In this document: positions 12,631 through 25,806 of the stretch, piece after piece
Layout of the letters: every line of letters starts with the position of its first letter
Numbering within the stretch: the first letter of the stretch is position 1
Assembly: GCF_036321535.1 (NCBI RefSeq)
Contig: NC_087437.1
Span: 78,370,001 to 78,434,000, forward strand
Length of the DNA stretch: 64,000 nt
Reading direction: 5' to 3'
Origin: Camelus dromedarius
Taxonomy: Eukaryota
Notes under the pieces: model-generated
Seen by the model: only the letters and a program-made list of their open reading frames with translations
Told to the model about the DNA's origin: nothing
Databases searched by the model: none
Program-made: the position numbers and the translations under genes

Positions 12631-13619
12631 TGGACATCTACCTAGTTTCCTATTTTTCTATCTACATAGATTCTCATTGTTGCAGCAAATTCATTTAGTT
12701 TAACAAATGTTTACTGAGCACCCACTCAGTAAACCTCAGCTCAGCACCAAGTCACAAGTTAAAAATACCTCTTTATGCCTAATTTTACCTACTTCCTAAG
12801 TATATAGCATAACCTGTCTCTATAGATTATTATTTTTTTGTTTCCATTTCAAAGGTTTTTTTTATAAGATGCATTTCTGAGTTGATTTGTTGGTGGGGGG
12901 TCCTTGGCTTTCGTTTTGCATTCCAGCTCTGCTCTCAGGGCATCAATTAAGTTAAATTGCCAAATTTCTTCCCTCAGGAAGAACATAGAGCATTTAAAAT
13001 ATATATTTTCTATAATGTTTATGTGTTTCTGTGCTACCAAAGCACACTGATTAAGTGATTGCCAACGGCAATTTCTGTGGCACCTCAGTTTTTCTTTTAG
13101 ATCTTCTCATGAAAAATACTAAGTAAATTGGGGGAAAATTCACAAAAATACCTGCAATTCCTCACTGTCTACCAAGAAAGGCACTATTCACTTTGCGACT
13201 GGGAAAACCCCTGAAATTCCACACAGCTGCCAAATCCAGAGCGTTTGTTTCAGAACAGGAAGAAAATACACCTCCCCGAAGCACACACTCAGAGACGCTC
13301 CACCTGATCAGTCAGTGAGCAGAAGTGATCGTTTTTCGGACAAGCACTACCTCTTGTGAAGAGGTTTTGTAAGAACTTTATTCTTTTGATCTCAGCCATG
13401 AATAAAACAGAGATCTGAGTTTGATATCATCTCACATATGTGAGAATAATGGCTATTTTGCACATCAATGCAAACCTTTTCTACTTTTACAAAAAAAAAA
13501 AAGAAAGAAAGAAAAAGAAAAGAAGGCCAAAGTACACCCTGTACTATCTCTAAAGCTAAATATAAGACCAGGATATGGGAGAAATTCCTAAAAGTCTTTG
13601 CCTTCTTGAAATAGCAGGA

Positions 13620-13795
13620 TGTTAGGGTCGTGTGGTAGGACCAGCACTGGATTAGGACTCAGATCAGGCTTCCAATCTGAGCTCTGCTGTTAACTTGCTT
13701 TAAAAATTATGCTATCTACTTAATCTATTCTTTATTTTCCTTATCTGTAAAATAATAAGATGGGGCAGGAAGATCTATGTTCCCCTCTGAGCCTG
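13620..13795 (+). mobile_element. MIR3/MIRc-like SINE
   Basis: AGCACTGGATTAGGACTCAG...GCTCTGCTGTTAACTTGC...TTTCCTTATCTGTAAAAT...GATCT. Confidence 0.7.
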
Positions 13796-14811
13796 TCCTC
13801 TGATTCCCGCCACCACTGTGTTTATCTGTAACTGTAATGTATGTCTCAGTTTTTGTTTTGGAAGAGAGTGATGATTACTGTGAGGCCACCAGAATGACGA
13901 ACATTCTATTTTATTAGGCATCCTGAGTTCAGAAATGGCCCTTTTGTTAACAATCAAATTTACAAAATTTGCAGCTACAGGAAATATCTTTGCATGCAGT
14001 GGAAGGACCCAAGGCATCTCAAAATAATGGGAATAATAACAATAATAATAATTGACTTACCAACTGCCAAACTGTGTAAGGGCCTTAGACTAATTGATTC
14101 TACAGCTTAATGTGGACAAAGGAGAAATTACTTAATTTGTCACTAGAGCTTGTTTATTTCATCAGCTAGTCAATCAGAAAAACACTTTCTATAGTATTTT
14201 AAAAGTTATTTTTGTATTTCCTATTCTTACTAATATTGTATTTGCTGATTTATGTCATACAAATCAAGAGATGCTAGTGCGCTTTCAAGCCACATCTTTC
14301 ATCACCACATGCAATCCCCATTCCAAGCTATTCGTAGCTCTTAAGCCCCTTTTATGGAGAAATTCTGGAGCCATGACAGATTCCATGGTATTTATATTTC
14401 AAGGCTGAAATAGAGCTTATGACAGTTGGCAAACAACAGCCATGGGTAATAGGAGGTATTGTGGGCCCTGGAGCTCTTTTGCAGACCTTTCCACACTTAG
14501 CATGATGCTAACACAAACAATCTTTCTGCCCTGTAAATGTCTTTTTCCAGTGAGTTAGTTTTGCATAATTGCAAATGATTTGAATCTCAGAAGCAAAGTT
14601 CCAGAGCTATAGTTTTGGTGATTATTTGAAAGAACATTTGGGCACAGCGTATTCTGGTAAATTCATGCTCATATGGTTCTCTGATTTTTTTTTTCCCCAA
14701 CGTCATTACCTCATTGCTAATTATAACTACTGCCCTTTAAACTCTTATCACTCTAAGTACTGTTCTCCGTGTACCATTTCTTGCTATGGCTGTAAATCCC
14801 AAGCAGATTCT

Positions 14812-14920
14812 GAAAAACAAACAAACAAACAAACAAAACCCTCCAAACTAAAACAAAAAACAAACAAACCAAAAAAAAAAAAAAAGAGAGAAAAAACCCA
14901 CAGCAACCCAAAAAACAAAA
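14812..14920. repeat. (CAAA)n / A-rich simple repeat
   Basis: Directly visible; explains the K/Q/T/N-rich part of ORF 14626-14961. Confidence 0.9.
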
Positions 14921-17784
14921 GCTCAGTTGAGCAGAAGATATCAGAGTGCAAAGCTGGATAAGGTAATTAAATAAGATAAGGACTTCCAGTGTTACTACAG
15001 AGCCTTACACACAGACCTAAGCATTTCCGTATGTGGTCACTGGAGTATAATAATAAAAGACAGATTCTGGATTTGTGCAGTGGCCTGGTGCCTAACACTT
15101 CCTGGATCATACACGACTTCTGCCATCAATTTATTATTTATCTGAGTCTGTCATTTATTCTTTTTCTGTGCTCTTTAGGCAGGTGCAACACCACAATCTT
15201 ATTAAGGCTTGAGAAATAACTTGAGATTCTGAGAAGAAAAATAAGCAGCAAGTTCTAAGCACCTTAACTTCCCCACAATTGTGCACTTTATTCTCATATG
15301 CTTTGCAGAGTAAACACCTGGGAAAGTGCCTTTTGCTCGTAAAATGATTTCTCATCTGGCTCAGACACTTCATGTGTGGTCAGATAAAAGGAGTGAACTA
15401 ATTCTTTGAAGTCAGAGGACGTAACCTAGTATCAGACTCGAGAGAGTTCAAATGCAGTATATGTTTTCCATTATCTTTTGAGTGAAGAGGCCAGGCAGAT
15501 TTTCTTGATGATATAAGCTCCCACCAGGAATTAGGCATTCACTCCAACTGCATCTCTCTCACTTGCTTCTCTCTTTCGCTTTTAGGATATTTTGCAATAA
15601 AGCTATGATAGCTGAAAGTAAACTGGGCATTATTAGGGCAGAAAAGGGGACTCAAATAAACATTTGCCGTTCCAAAGAAATAGAACTTTAGATTCTTTTT
15701 TCGAGAACTCCCCCTCCAATAAATTTTCCATCAGCAAGCCACTAAATATTTCATGCTATCCTAGCTGAATGCCCCTTTTCCTTAAAGAGCTGTGACTTGG
15801 CCACAGAGAGGAGTGGAGTGGGATGTGTTTGTGAGTGTGTGTTTGGCAGGAGATGGGGGAGCATGGACTACATAGGTCATTCAATTATCATTCTAGAAAA
15901 TTAGAATTTTCAGAAAATTACTAATCCATGATAATAAGTGGTGTCTCATGGGTCTATCACATAAATCAATAATGTATCAGAGTGTAGCTAGTTTCCAAAT
16001 ACAGCTGACTCAAAATGGAAAACAAATTGAAACAGAAAATCTCTTGTTGGAATGTGAAAGAAGGAAAAAAACTCAGATATCCAGGAAATACCATCACTAA
16101 CATAAAACATGAATCTTTCTTTCTCTTTAAAGAATCACAATTCTCTTGTTGCCTGTAGCTCCTTACAATACTGTTAGTCATTGCAGGAAGTTTTTATAAA
16201 CCTAGTCTTAATGGATCTTGTCTGTCACTCTGTATCTGCCTGCCTCAGTGTTTTTCTCTCCTTTCTTCACATTCCAATAAACTTGCCGTTTCCATTTTTT
16301 ACATATTTGAATGGAACATTACTTTCAGTGGAATCTTAAGCAGGGGTTTCTAGTTTTCAGTCCTGGCATTTCTCCCAAGAGGAATATTTCCCTGAGGGCT
16401 TGTGCTTTTGCTGAATGGGGGTGGGGACAGTTCTTTCTCTAAACCATCTTGTTCTCTGGGCAGTTCTACCAGGGCACTTTGCCCATCCCTTTCGTCTACA
16501 GAGCAGTGAGCTTGGGTAGCTGCCACTTCGGGTTTCTCCCAAAGAACCATTTTCCCAGAGGAGGCAGAGCCTGGGAAAGAAGCAAGGGCAGGATTCCCTT
16601 TAGTTCCTAAGTCATGAGCTTTTCTCCTTTTTTTTTTAGTAGAAGAAGAAACCCTGCCAACCTGCCACCTTCTTCCTTCTTTCTACCCTTATTTTCAAAC
16701 ACTTCTAAATATAGCAAAGATCCCATTCCCTGGCAGAGAAAAATAAGGGACCTTTTTCAATTCCACAAAGAATGAGGCAATGTTGGTGTGACGATTTTAC
16801 TGTGACTGTGAAATAATAGCCGTTTCTTCTCCAAAACGCTACCTGGCATAGGTTTGCAACTCCAGGCAACAAACAGAGGTGAGGGAAGATGGACGTGGCA
16901 AGCATTACTAATTCCATGCACTAAATACTTCCTTATCTTTGCCTCTTCATTTTCTGTGACTCTATATAACTAGACATTTTTATGTAATTTTAAGTAATAC
17001 GCATACATTGCCACATGTTTAACCAAACAAGAAAACATAGAAAATACCTATTTAAAGCTCTGTCCTCACATCTTTTCTTTCACAGTCCCATTCCTTCCAG
17101 GCACGTGTTGATAAATGTTTACGATATTTTTTTCTAGACTTTTTCAATACATACGAACACACATGTACAAAAATGTAGAAAAATGGAAAGTTATCGATAT
17201 TATACCATAAACATTATTTATTTGAGTTTTCTTTTTTCTTTTTTTTAAACCTAATAATACATCTAGGAGATTTTCAAAAGTACTCATATACCTATATGTT
17301 CTTAATTTTTTTTAATGTGTATGGGTAAGGAGTATACTGAACCCCCCATTCCCTTGCTTTATTTATATTATAGCAATTTCTATTACCTTTCCCCATGAAT
17401 TAAATTACCCACATATTTTTATAAATTTAATCGTTCCTATAATTTGCACAAGTTTCCAGAAATTCTTGTTAAATGCTATTATTTGCTGTTAAGCTAACTC
17501 TGAAGCTACAGAGGAGTCTACATCTGGTTTGTTTAAAAAGAGAAAACATAAACTATAAATTTTCTGAATAATTTTAGAGATTTCTGTAGGGTATGTTAGT
17601 AATGTGAGAAATGTTTAGGGAAGACCAAGTACTTGAAGTGGGTATGGATCTGCCTTCTTCGTGTAAAGATATTCTTGTTGTAGAACAGTCTTAAGAAATG
17701 TCAATTAATAACCTATAAACACTGTTTCCTTAATTTATTCTTTTTCACTTTTAGCAACATTTTCCCATATAAACATGGATAAAT

Positions 17785-17905
17785 TATGCATTCAAAAATA
17801 TTTATTAAATTCCTAAAGAGGCCTAAGCATAATGCTAGATGTAGGCCATGCAAAATAATTAAATTTCACTTCTGAGTTTCACAGTCTAGTGGGGAGACAA
17901 ATATT
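17785..17905 (-). mobile_element. L2 3' end fragment
   Basis: CATTCAAAAATATTTATT...CACAGTCTAGTGGGGAGACA. Confidence 0.7.
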
Positions 17906-17999
17906 TGAAAATTACTTTTGAAAGTTATAAATATAAAACAATAAAGATATCCTAGGAAATTCTAGTTCAGTAAACATTATAATATAAACCTGGAGATGC

Positions 18000-20545
18000 C
18001 ATGAATTTTGGTGAATTTTAAAGCCGTAATTAGTAACACCTAAAATTTGTGAGAAACTCATGTGGAGACACAGGGTGGCCAGATGTGTCATGGTGAGAAC
18101 TTTGTGGACTGAGAGATATACCTAGATGCCCAGAGCAGAAAATGCCCAGGGCCCAACACAGGGGATGGACAAAGGGAGGTCTTTTGTAATTAAAAAAAAA
18201 AAAAAAAATCCCCATTGATCTTGCAGAGATCATTATCAGCTCTTTTCCTGATTATCAAGATAAGAGCAGTACCAATCTAAGGTGGCCTCGGGATAAAGTC
18301 ATACCCAGGTGGCCCTGGAAGCTGTTCTAAGTGAAGAGCAATGGCAACAGTAGGTACAGTTACAGTCCTACTCCTTAGTCCCGGAACCACTCCCACTTCA
18401 TACGCTGAGCAAATACCACAGAGAGAATGTCCTCCTGTTAGTATCTGCAAGCTGAGAGAGCCAGCAGGGGGCACTTGATGGAGTGCAGGGAACAGGAATA
18501 AAACTAGCAGCACTAAACCTTTCCTCATCCGTAAGGACACAAACTAACACCTAGACTTCCATCAACATCCTTTATCATAGACATTAATAAACAAGTAATC
18601 TAACAGCACAAATGTGTATGATGATCTAATAAGGTAACTCTACCCATCTTGGAGCATAGGTTAAAAAAGAGAAAAAAAAAAAAAAAAAAGGGAAGAGAAA
18701 AAAATGAAATGAGGAAGGAAGGAATCTACAAATACAACTGAAAATGAAAGAAAAAGATTGCTATTTTATAAAATGCATTTTACTAAAAAATATTAGAAAG
18801 ATAAAGGACATTGGAAACATAAAGTATGAACAAGAAATAATGAAGAGGAATAAAATGAAAATAGCAACACCAAGATGTAACTGTTGAAATAACTCACTGG
18901 ATGAACTGAATAACAAATATAAACAAAATATAACAAAAACAAAAATAAATAAACAAAAATAAAGAACATAGAAAAGAATGAACTACAAATTGGGTTAAGA
19001 AATATTAGGAAGGGAAATAAGACAGAATATTGAAATTGTTAAGGAATATGGAAAATAAGAGTAGAATTTTCAATATCAACCATCATGAATCTCAAGAGGA
19101 AAGAAAAGAAAAATCAGGGAAAAGAATGTATTTGAAAAAATAAAATATATCAAACAAGATTTTTGTCAGAAAAAAGTATACAAGATCTTAGATTCAAAGG
19201 ACACACAGAATTCTGTACAGGACATATAAGAAAATGACTCATACCTAGACCCAATGTAGCAATAACTTAAAGATGTCAAAATTAGAGAAATATTTAAAAA
19301 CTTCAAGATAGAAAAAAAAATCAAATCTGTTACAAAAGAGCAACAATCGTACTGCTACTGGTCTTATAAATAGTATTGTTGGATGTGGGAAAACAATGGC
19401 ATAGTATTTCCAAAATACTTAAGAAAATAACTATAAAGCTAGAACTTTATATCCAAATAACTTATTAAAACTGAAGGATGAGATGAAATATTTCCAAGCA
19501 TATCAGGTTTCAGAGAGTATCCCAGGTAGATTTTCTTTGATAAAGATACAGAGGATACACTCTAGCAAGAAGCCAGATGAAACCAGGAGGGAGAAATGAG
19601 ACATGCAAGGTAAGCGTGAAGTGGAGTGATGATTGTTAGATGAGCAGTCACTAATAATTCAGAATTAAAACCCAAAATAAATCGACACAAAGGTCTATTA
19701 GAAAAGGGATGACCAGAAGGATGTAAGAGTGCAATTAGCTTTTCAAATATTTATAAGCTTTAGATATTCTTAAGGCAAAATAAGCTATGAGTAGTCAATA
19801 ATAAATTAAGGATAAGTATGAACTTTAATGTATATTAAAATCAAAAGAGGTAAAATTATCCAAAAGAAAGTTTCAGAGAAGGAAACAAAACAAAAAGAAA
19901 TAAAATGATAGAAATAAACCTTAATTTAACAGTTTATACTGTAAATATAATGGGTTAAGCTCACTCAGCAAAAATACAGAACAAAATGCTACATAATGAT
20001 ATATTTAATAGATATATTCAAAACAGAAAACAACTGAAAGATAGACAACAAATGGATGTTTAACACATAAATATGAACCAAGAGAAAGCTTGGATAGCTC
20101 TTTCAAAGAATTTAAAGTAAAGAATATAATGAGACAAAGGGTCATTAAATATTGGTTAATAAATAAGAGATTTAAAATATAAAACACTGTTAACACATAC
20201 TTCTCAGCACTGTCTTATAAAGCTGCAATTCTCAAAACTATGGGGAAACAGGATTTTTAAATTTTAATATATACTACTGATAAAATGGTCAAAAATAGAG
20301 GTATCTATAGAAGTTCTGAATTACATAAATAGTACATTTAAATAGCTATATTTAGAATTTTACATTTAATAACATTTTTTGTATTATCAAAAATCAACCA
20401 TATACTAGTCTTAAAATGAAGCTTCTATCAATTCTGAAGCAAAAAAAAATTATAAAGAGTATTTTTGACCACAAAACAATGAGATTAGAAATCAACAACA
20501 AAATGAAAGCTGAAAATGTCCTGCGTGTCTAGATGTTGGACCAAA
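18000..20545 (+). mobile_element. Old L1 (L1M/L1ME-like): 5' region, ORF1 and start of ORF2, degraded
   Basis: ORF1-like GAAAACAATGGCATAGTATTTCCAAA...CTAGAACTTTATATCCA (QW..IF...RILYP); endonuclease-start-like GTAAATATAATGGGTTAAGCTCAC; later GACCACAAAACAATGAGATTAGAAATCAACAAC. Left boundary is uncertain. Confidence 0.75.
18446..18476 (+). promoter_or_regulatory. Candidate CTCF binding site (core plus upstream motif)
   Basis: CCAGCAGGGGGCAC at 18461-18474 matches CCASYAGRKGGCRS at every position; TGCAA starts 15 bp upstream. Confidence 0.55.
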
Positions 20546-20554
20546 TGATGATTT

Positions 20555-20900
20555 CAGGAGACTTCTGCCTCCAAGTCAGATGGAGTAATTTGGAACAGTC
20601 TGGCTTCCAAATGAAAATAACTAGGAAAAACCTAAATAAAATAAAAAGAATAAAATACAAAGAATAATTTTAAGCATCAAAGAAATGCTGCAGCAACCAG
20701 GGCTAAGGGGTGGAAGTGTAAGAGAGAAAGGAAACACCAAATGAGAGCAACTCCATGAGCCATTTTCCCTTCAAGTCATTGGCAAACTCGCAAAAGGCTC
20801 TGAAGCTAAAGAAGATAAACAGAAAGAAAACTATGTGTTGATATGTTATAAAAATAATGAAAAAAGAAAAATCTTAAAACCATATGAACAAAAAGACTGC
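20555..20900 (+). mobile_element. L1 5'-end fragment (L1M/L1MD-like)
   Basis: GACTTCTGCCTCCAAGTCAGATGGAGTAA resembles the start of old L1 5'UTRs. Confidence 0.55.
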
Positions 20901-20983
20901 AAAATATGAAATCAATACTGGATACTATTACTGTTATTATATATATCATAAACAGTTACAAAATATAATAAAAGATTAGACTT

Positions 20984-21053
20984 GGATGGGTGGGTATAGT
21001 TTGGTGGTAGAGCACATGCTTAGCATGCACAAGGTCCTGGGTTAAATCCCCAG
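20984..21053 (+). mobile_element. tRNA-Ala-derived SINE (camelid Vic-1-like) head
   Basis: GGGTATAGTTTGGTGGTAGAGCACATGCTTAGCATGCACAAGGTCCTGGGTTAAATCCCCAG; AGC anticodon remnant. Confidence 0.85.
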
Positions 21054-21058
21054 GATAG

Positions 21059-21089
<31 letters not shown>

Positions 21090-21103
21090 GATAGATAGAT
21101 AAA
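21054..21103. repeat. (GATA)n tetranucleotide STR forming the SINE tail
   Basis: Directly visible, with AATA interruptions. Confidence 0.95.
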
Positions 21104-21109
21104 TGATAA

Positions 21110-21520
21110 GCCGTCATTAAAGTAACAGTAAAAAAGAAAAAATGTCTGAATATAAACTTAGCAAGAAATTAGCAAGACTGTAAGAGTAAAACTTTTAAAA
21201 ACCATAGAAAAACACAAAATTGCAAAATGAAAAGAGCTGTTAGTGGCTTGGAACACCGATTGTAAAGATATCTATCTGTTCTTTCTAAGTTATTATACCA
21301 ATTAAAGAAATCCAGAAGTTAAGTTTGATTTAAAATCCATGTGAAAAAATAAACAGGAGTAGCCAAGAAACCCCTGAAAAATACACAAATAATGCAGGAT
21401 TTGTACTACCAGTTATTAAAAATTATCATAAAGTCTCTATATGGGGTGTTTTGGCACATAATGAACAGAAGGCCAATGGAACAAAATAGAAAATCCACAA
21501 ATCAACCCCAAGTGAATATA
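21110..21520 (+). mobile_element. L1 ORF2 fragment
   Basis: GGATTTGTACTACCAG...GGTGTTTTGGCAC...CCAATGGAACAAAATAGAAAATCCA (W.W...QWN.IE.P). Confidence 0.75.
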
Positions 21521-21524
21521 ACAG

Positions 21525-22755
21525 TTCTATTGTTTTTCTGTTTTCTCTATCATTGGCTCCTGCACTATTTATACATTTCTTTCTTCTCCTTATTTTATTT
21601 GATCTTCTATTTTTTGTTTCTCAAGGTGGAAGCTGAAATCACTGATTGGATACATGTCTTCTTTTCCACTACAGGCATTTGATGGCATAAATTCCCCTCT
21701 ACATACTGCTTTATCGGTACCCTCCAATTCTGATATGGTTTGTTATTTTCATTCAGTTCAAAATAATTTCTAATTTCCATTCTGATTTCTTCTTTGACTC
21801 ATGGGTGATTTAGAACTACATTTGTTTTCAGATTATTTGGGGATTTTCCAAATTTTTTTTCTATTATTAAATTTAAATTTAATTTGGGGTCAGAGAACAT
21901 ACTTTGTATAACTTGAATAACTTGAATCCTTTTTAAATTATCAAGATTTATTTTAGGCCCTGAATATGGTTTGTCTGCATGAGTGATCCCTGTACAGTTT
22001 GAAAATAGTGTATATTCTGTTTAGTGGAGTATTCCTACAACTGTCAGTTAATAGGTTGATAGTATGAGTATCAGTTTTCTAGAGCTGCCATAAGAAAGTA
22101 GCACAGATAGGGGCTTAAACAACTAAAAATTTGTTTTCTTACTATTCCGGACAAGATGTCAGCAGGGTTGGCTTCTTCTGGCTTATAAATGGTTGTCTCC
22201 TTCCTGTTGCTTCACATGATCATCTGTGCATGTCTGTGTCCTAGTCTCTTCTTACAAAAGCATCAGTCATATTAGATTAGGACCCACTCTAATTCCTCAT
22301 TTTAATTGAATAACCTCCTTAATGACCCTATTTCCAAATACAATCACATTCTGAGGATCGGGCGGGGGAGAGTTCAAACTTTAACATGTGAATTTGGGGG
22401 GGATACAATGCATTCTATAACAATATGGTACAAGTATTCTATATTTTTTCTTATTTTTGCCTACCTATTCAGCTAATCACTGCAGGAGGGGTGTTGAAGT
22501 CACCCGCTATAATTATGGTTTTGTCCATTTCTTACTAAAGTTCTTTTAGTTTTTGCTTCATATATTTTGAGTCTTTGTTATGAAGTATATAGTTATAATT
22601 TTTGTCTTCTTGATGAATCTACCCCTTTATCATTATGAAATGACCCTTTTCATTATTGATAAAATTTTTTGCGTAAAAATTTTGTGCTTGATTTGAATAT
22701 AGCTACTTCAGATTTTGGGTTTTTTTTTTTTCAATCAGTATGGATTTCTTATAGG
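21525..22755 (-). mobile_element. L1 (L1MC/MD-like) ORF2 endonuclease region, interrupted by MLT1B
   Basis: ATAAATTCCCCTCTACATACTGCTTTA, GATTTCTTCTTTGACTCATGGG, GGGTGTTGAAGTC, CCCCTTTATCATTATGAAATGACC. Confidence 0.8.
22067..22422 (-). mobile_element. MaLR solo LTR (MLT1B-like)
   Basis: GTATCAGTTTTCTAGAGCTGCCATAA...GACCCTATTTCCAAATACAATCACATTCTGAGG...CTATAACA; 5-bp TSD GTATG/ATATG. Confidence 0.85.
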
Positions 22756-24535
22756 AAGCATAACAATTTCCCATACTTTTTGTAGATAATGTATTATCTT
22801 TAAGAATCTTTTAAATTCTAACACTTTATCAGAATTTCTTTGAAACATATAATTTATTTTGCATTTCAAATCTTATACACATACACATATGTATATAGAT
22901 ACGCATACATTTAAAATAAACATTATATAGTCAAATATTAAATCTGTATTATATACAAAATCAGCTCACTAGCATTTTCTCTGACACTTTTAAGCCAGCT
23001 GTGAACCACCCAAGTTCCAATTATGACACTTTTAAGAAACAGTGAATTTTGCCAGGGTTACAATGGACATTTTGGCTGTGACATTTTCAATTTCAGCCTT
23101 TAGTTAAGAAAGTCCTCCTAATGATACTTTCAGAGTTCAAATGAAGAATTATCCTGGTAATACACTACAATACCTTAGAGCTAACACATTGTTGCTGAAT
23201 ATGAGCAATCATTAGGAAATTTTTCAGAATATGGAATTTGATTCTTCTATACTCATTCAAATCAGATTTGTAAGCAGTAAGGTTTGAAATTTTTAACAAT
23301 ATCAATAATTACTTTAAGATATGTATTTTAATGAATATTAACAATTATTTGGTTATAACTCTACTTATCTAATTTAATTATTCATCACTCTTATTAAAAA
23401 CTAGTATTTTCTAGAGTCTCTTTTCAAGTAATCTTTTATATTAAAGTATACTAAAGATACAGAAAATTGCACTCATTGATTGTGTGAATGGTAATTAATT
23501 TTCCAAAGTGAACATACATGTGTAATCACCAGGGAGGGAGCATTACCAGCATCCAGAATCTTCTTATAACTCATCTCAACCACTACATTCTTCTGAATTA
23601 CTTCTCTATGTATTAGTCATGTTAGTTTTATTCTTCTGCAGAAATGCACACAAGTGAGGTCAAATAGTATGTTTATTTAGTATCTGGTTTCCTTTGCTCA
23701 AAATTTTGGTCTGAGATTCACCCATATTGTTAAATATAGTTGTAGTTTATTAATTTTCATTGCTGCATAGCATTTTCATGAATATATAATAATTCATTTA
23801 TTCATAATACTATTGGTGGGCATTTAATTCCAGATTTTGGGTATTACGTACTATGCAGCTATTAACATCCTTGTACCTATTTTCTTGGAGCACATACGTA
23901 TGTATTTCTAGAGGTAGAATTACTGGATCACAGAGAATGTGTACGTTTAATTAGTAGATAATGTTTCTGTGAAATTATACCCTATGAGTAGTATATGAGA
24001 GATGCAGTTGCTGCAAATATTGACCAAAACCATATTTTTATTCCTTTTCATTTAAATCATTTTGGTTACTACGCATTGATATCTCTCTTTTTTTTTTATT
24101 TTTTAAATTTCTGTGATGATTCAATGAGCTGGAACACTTTTAAAAACATTTCTTGATCATTTGGAAACCCTTTTTTTTTTTTTTGAGGTACTTACTTAAA
24201 TCTCTTTTAGTTTAGTTTAAACTTCTTTATTTTTCCATTATGCTGTTTATCTGTTTCTAACTGATTTCTGTCTTTATATACTCCTTTTCATTTTTATGTA
24301 TTATAAATATCTTCCTCCTCACTGTAGCCTGGCATTTCTCTTAACTATTACAGAAAATTCTTAATATTAATATTATTTAATTTATCAGTCTTTTCCTTTG
24401 TGGCTTGTGATATCTGTGCTCTGTTTAAGAGTTTTTTTCTCTAAAACAAAAGTCATGATTTTCTTCTGTTATCTTTTATTAGATATCAAAGACTTTACTA
24501 GTCTGTTTTATATTTAGATTTTATGTTAATTAAAT

Positions 24536-24945
24536 CACTTAAACACAGAAATTTATTTTCTCAGTGTTCTGGGGGCTAGAAGTTTGAGCTCAAGAGGTGG
24601 ACAGGGTTGGTTCCTTTTGAGGACAGTGAGGAGGAATCTGTTCAATGCCTCGCTAGAGCTTCTGGTGGTTTTCTGGCAATTTTTGGCATTCCTGGGCATG
24701 TAGAACCATGTCTCTGATCTCTGCCTTCATCTTCACATGGTGTTTCCTCTGTGTGCAGGTCAGCATCTAAACTTCTTTTCAAAATGACCTCCATCATATT
24801 AGATTAGGGCCTACCCTACTCCCCCATGACCTCCTCTTAACTAATTACATCTGCAATGACTCTATGTCCAAATAAGGTCAAAATGTGAGGTATTGCAAGT
24901 TAGACTTCAGCACATTAAGTTTGAGGGGATATAGTTCAACCTACT
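24536..24945 (-). mobile_element. MaLR LTR (MLT1C-like)
   Basis: CAGAAATTTATTTTCTCAG...GGAGGAATCTGTTCAATGCCTC...CTCTGCCTTCATCTTCACATGG...CTAATTACATCTGCAATGAC...CCAAATAAGGTCA. Confidence 0.85.
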
Positions 24946-25806
24946 GATTTAAGGTCATCTGTAATTGCTTTTGGTGAATGGTGTAAGGTATCACTTTTCT
25001 TCCCGATGGATAAACCAACACCATTTATTGATAAGCATTTTTTAAACCACTTTGCTGTCAGTGCTGGCTTATTCATAAATTAAGTCTATATATGCCTGGG
25101 TTTGTTCCTGGAGACATGTTCAAGGATCACTGGAGGACTCAGTATTTTTAAGATAACCTCCAAATTGATCAATCACAATAAAAAATTCAATAGCTGTTAT
25201 TTTTTTTTTTTTTGGTGGAAATTGATGAGCTGAATCTAAAATACATCCACACACACATCCACAGGGATACAGATATCTAGGAGAATCCTGAAAAGGAAAA
25301 AAGTGGGAGGATTTACCAAGGTAGAAGTTTAAACTAACTGTATTAAGATGGGCTAAGATTAGCACGATGATAGACAAAGGGACTCTTGCACCCCTTCCTA
25401 GGTGGCTTGTTTTTTTATGCTCTGAGAAAGAATTTTATGTTAAAATTTTTATTTGCTAATTTGTTGCTTTTATATGGAGTTGCAGGTGTTGACCTGGCAT
25501 ACAGCTGCTATTCAAATTCACTTATGAACCCTAGTAATTTTTCTGTAAGTTATTTTAGATATTCTACAAGCACTATTATGTCATCTGCAAAAATGACAGT
25601 TTAATTCCTTCTTTCCATGCCTTGTACATATCAATTGCTTTTCTTGCCTATTACCCTGGACAGGACTCCAGGGCAATGTTGAAGAGCAGCGGCAACATCA
25701 TCCCTGTCTCATTTCTGATTTCAGGGCAAACACTTGATTAATCATCATTAAGGAAGATGTTGGCAGTGGATTTGTTATAGATACCATTTGCCTATTTCTG
25801 GATATT

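Noticed and set aside
20984..21053. tRNA-Ala gene (also 2768-2840)
   Set aside because: Mutated stems plus a SINE tail, and a TSD for the 2768 copy, identify these as tRNA-derived SINEs.
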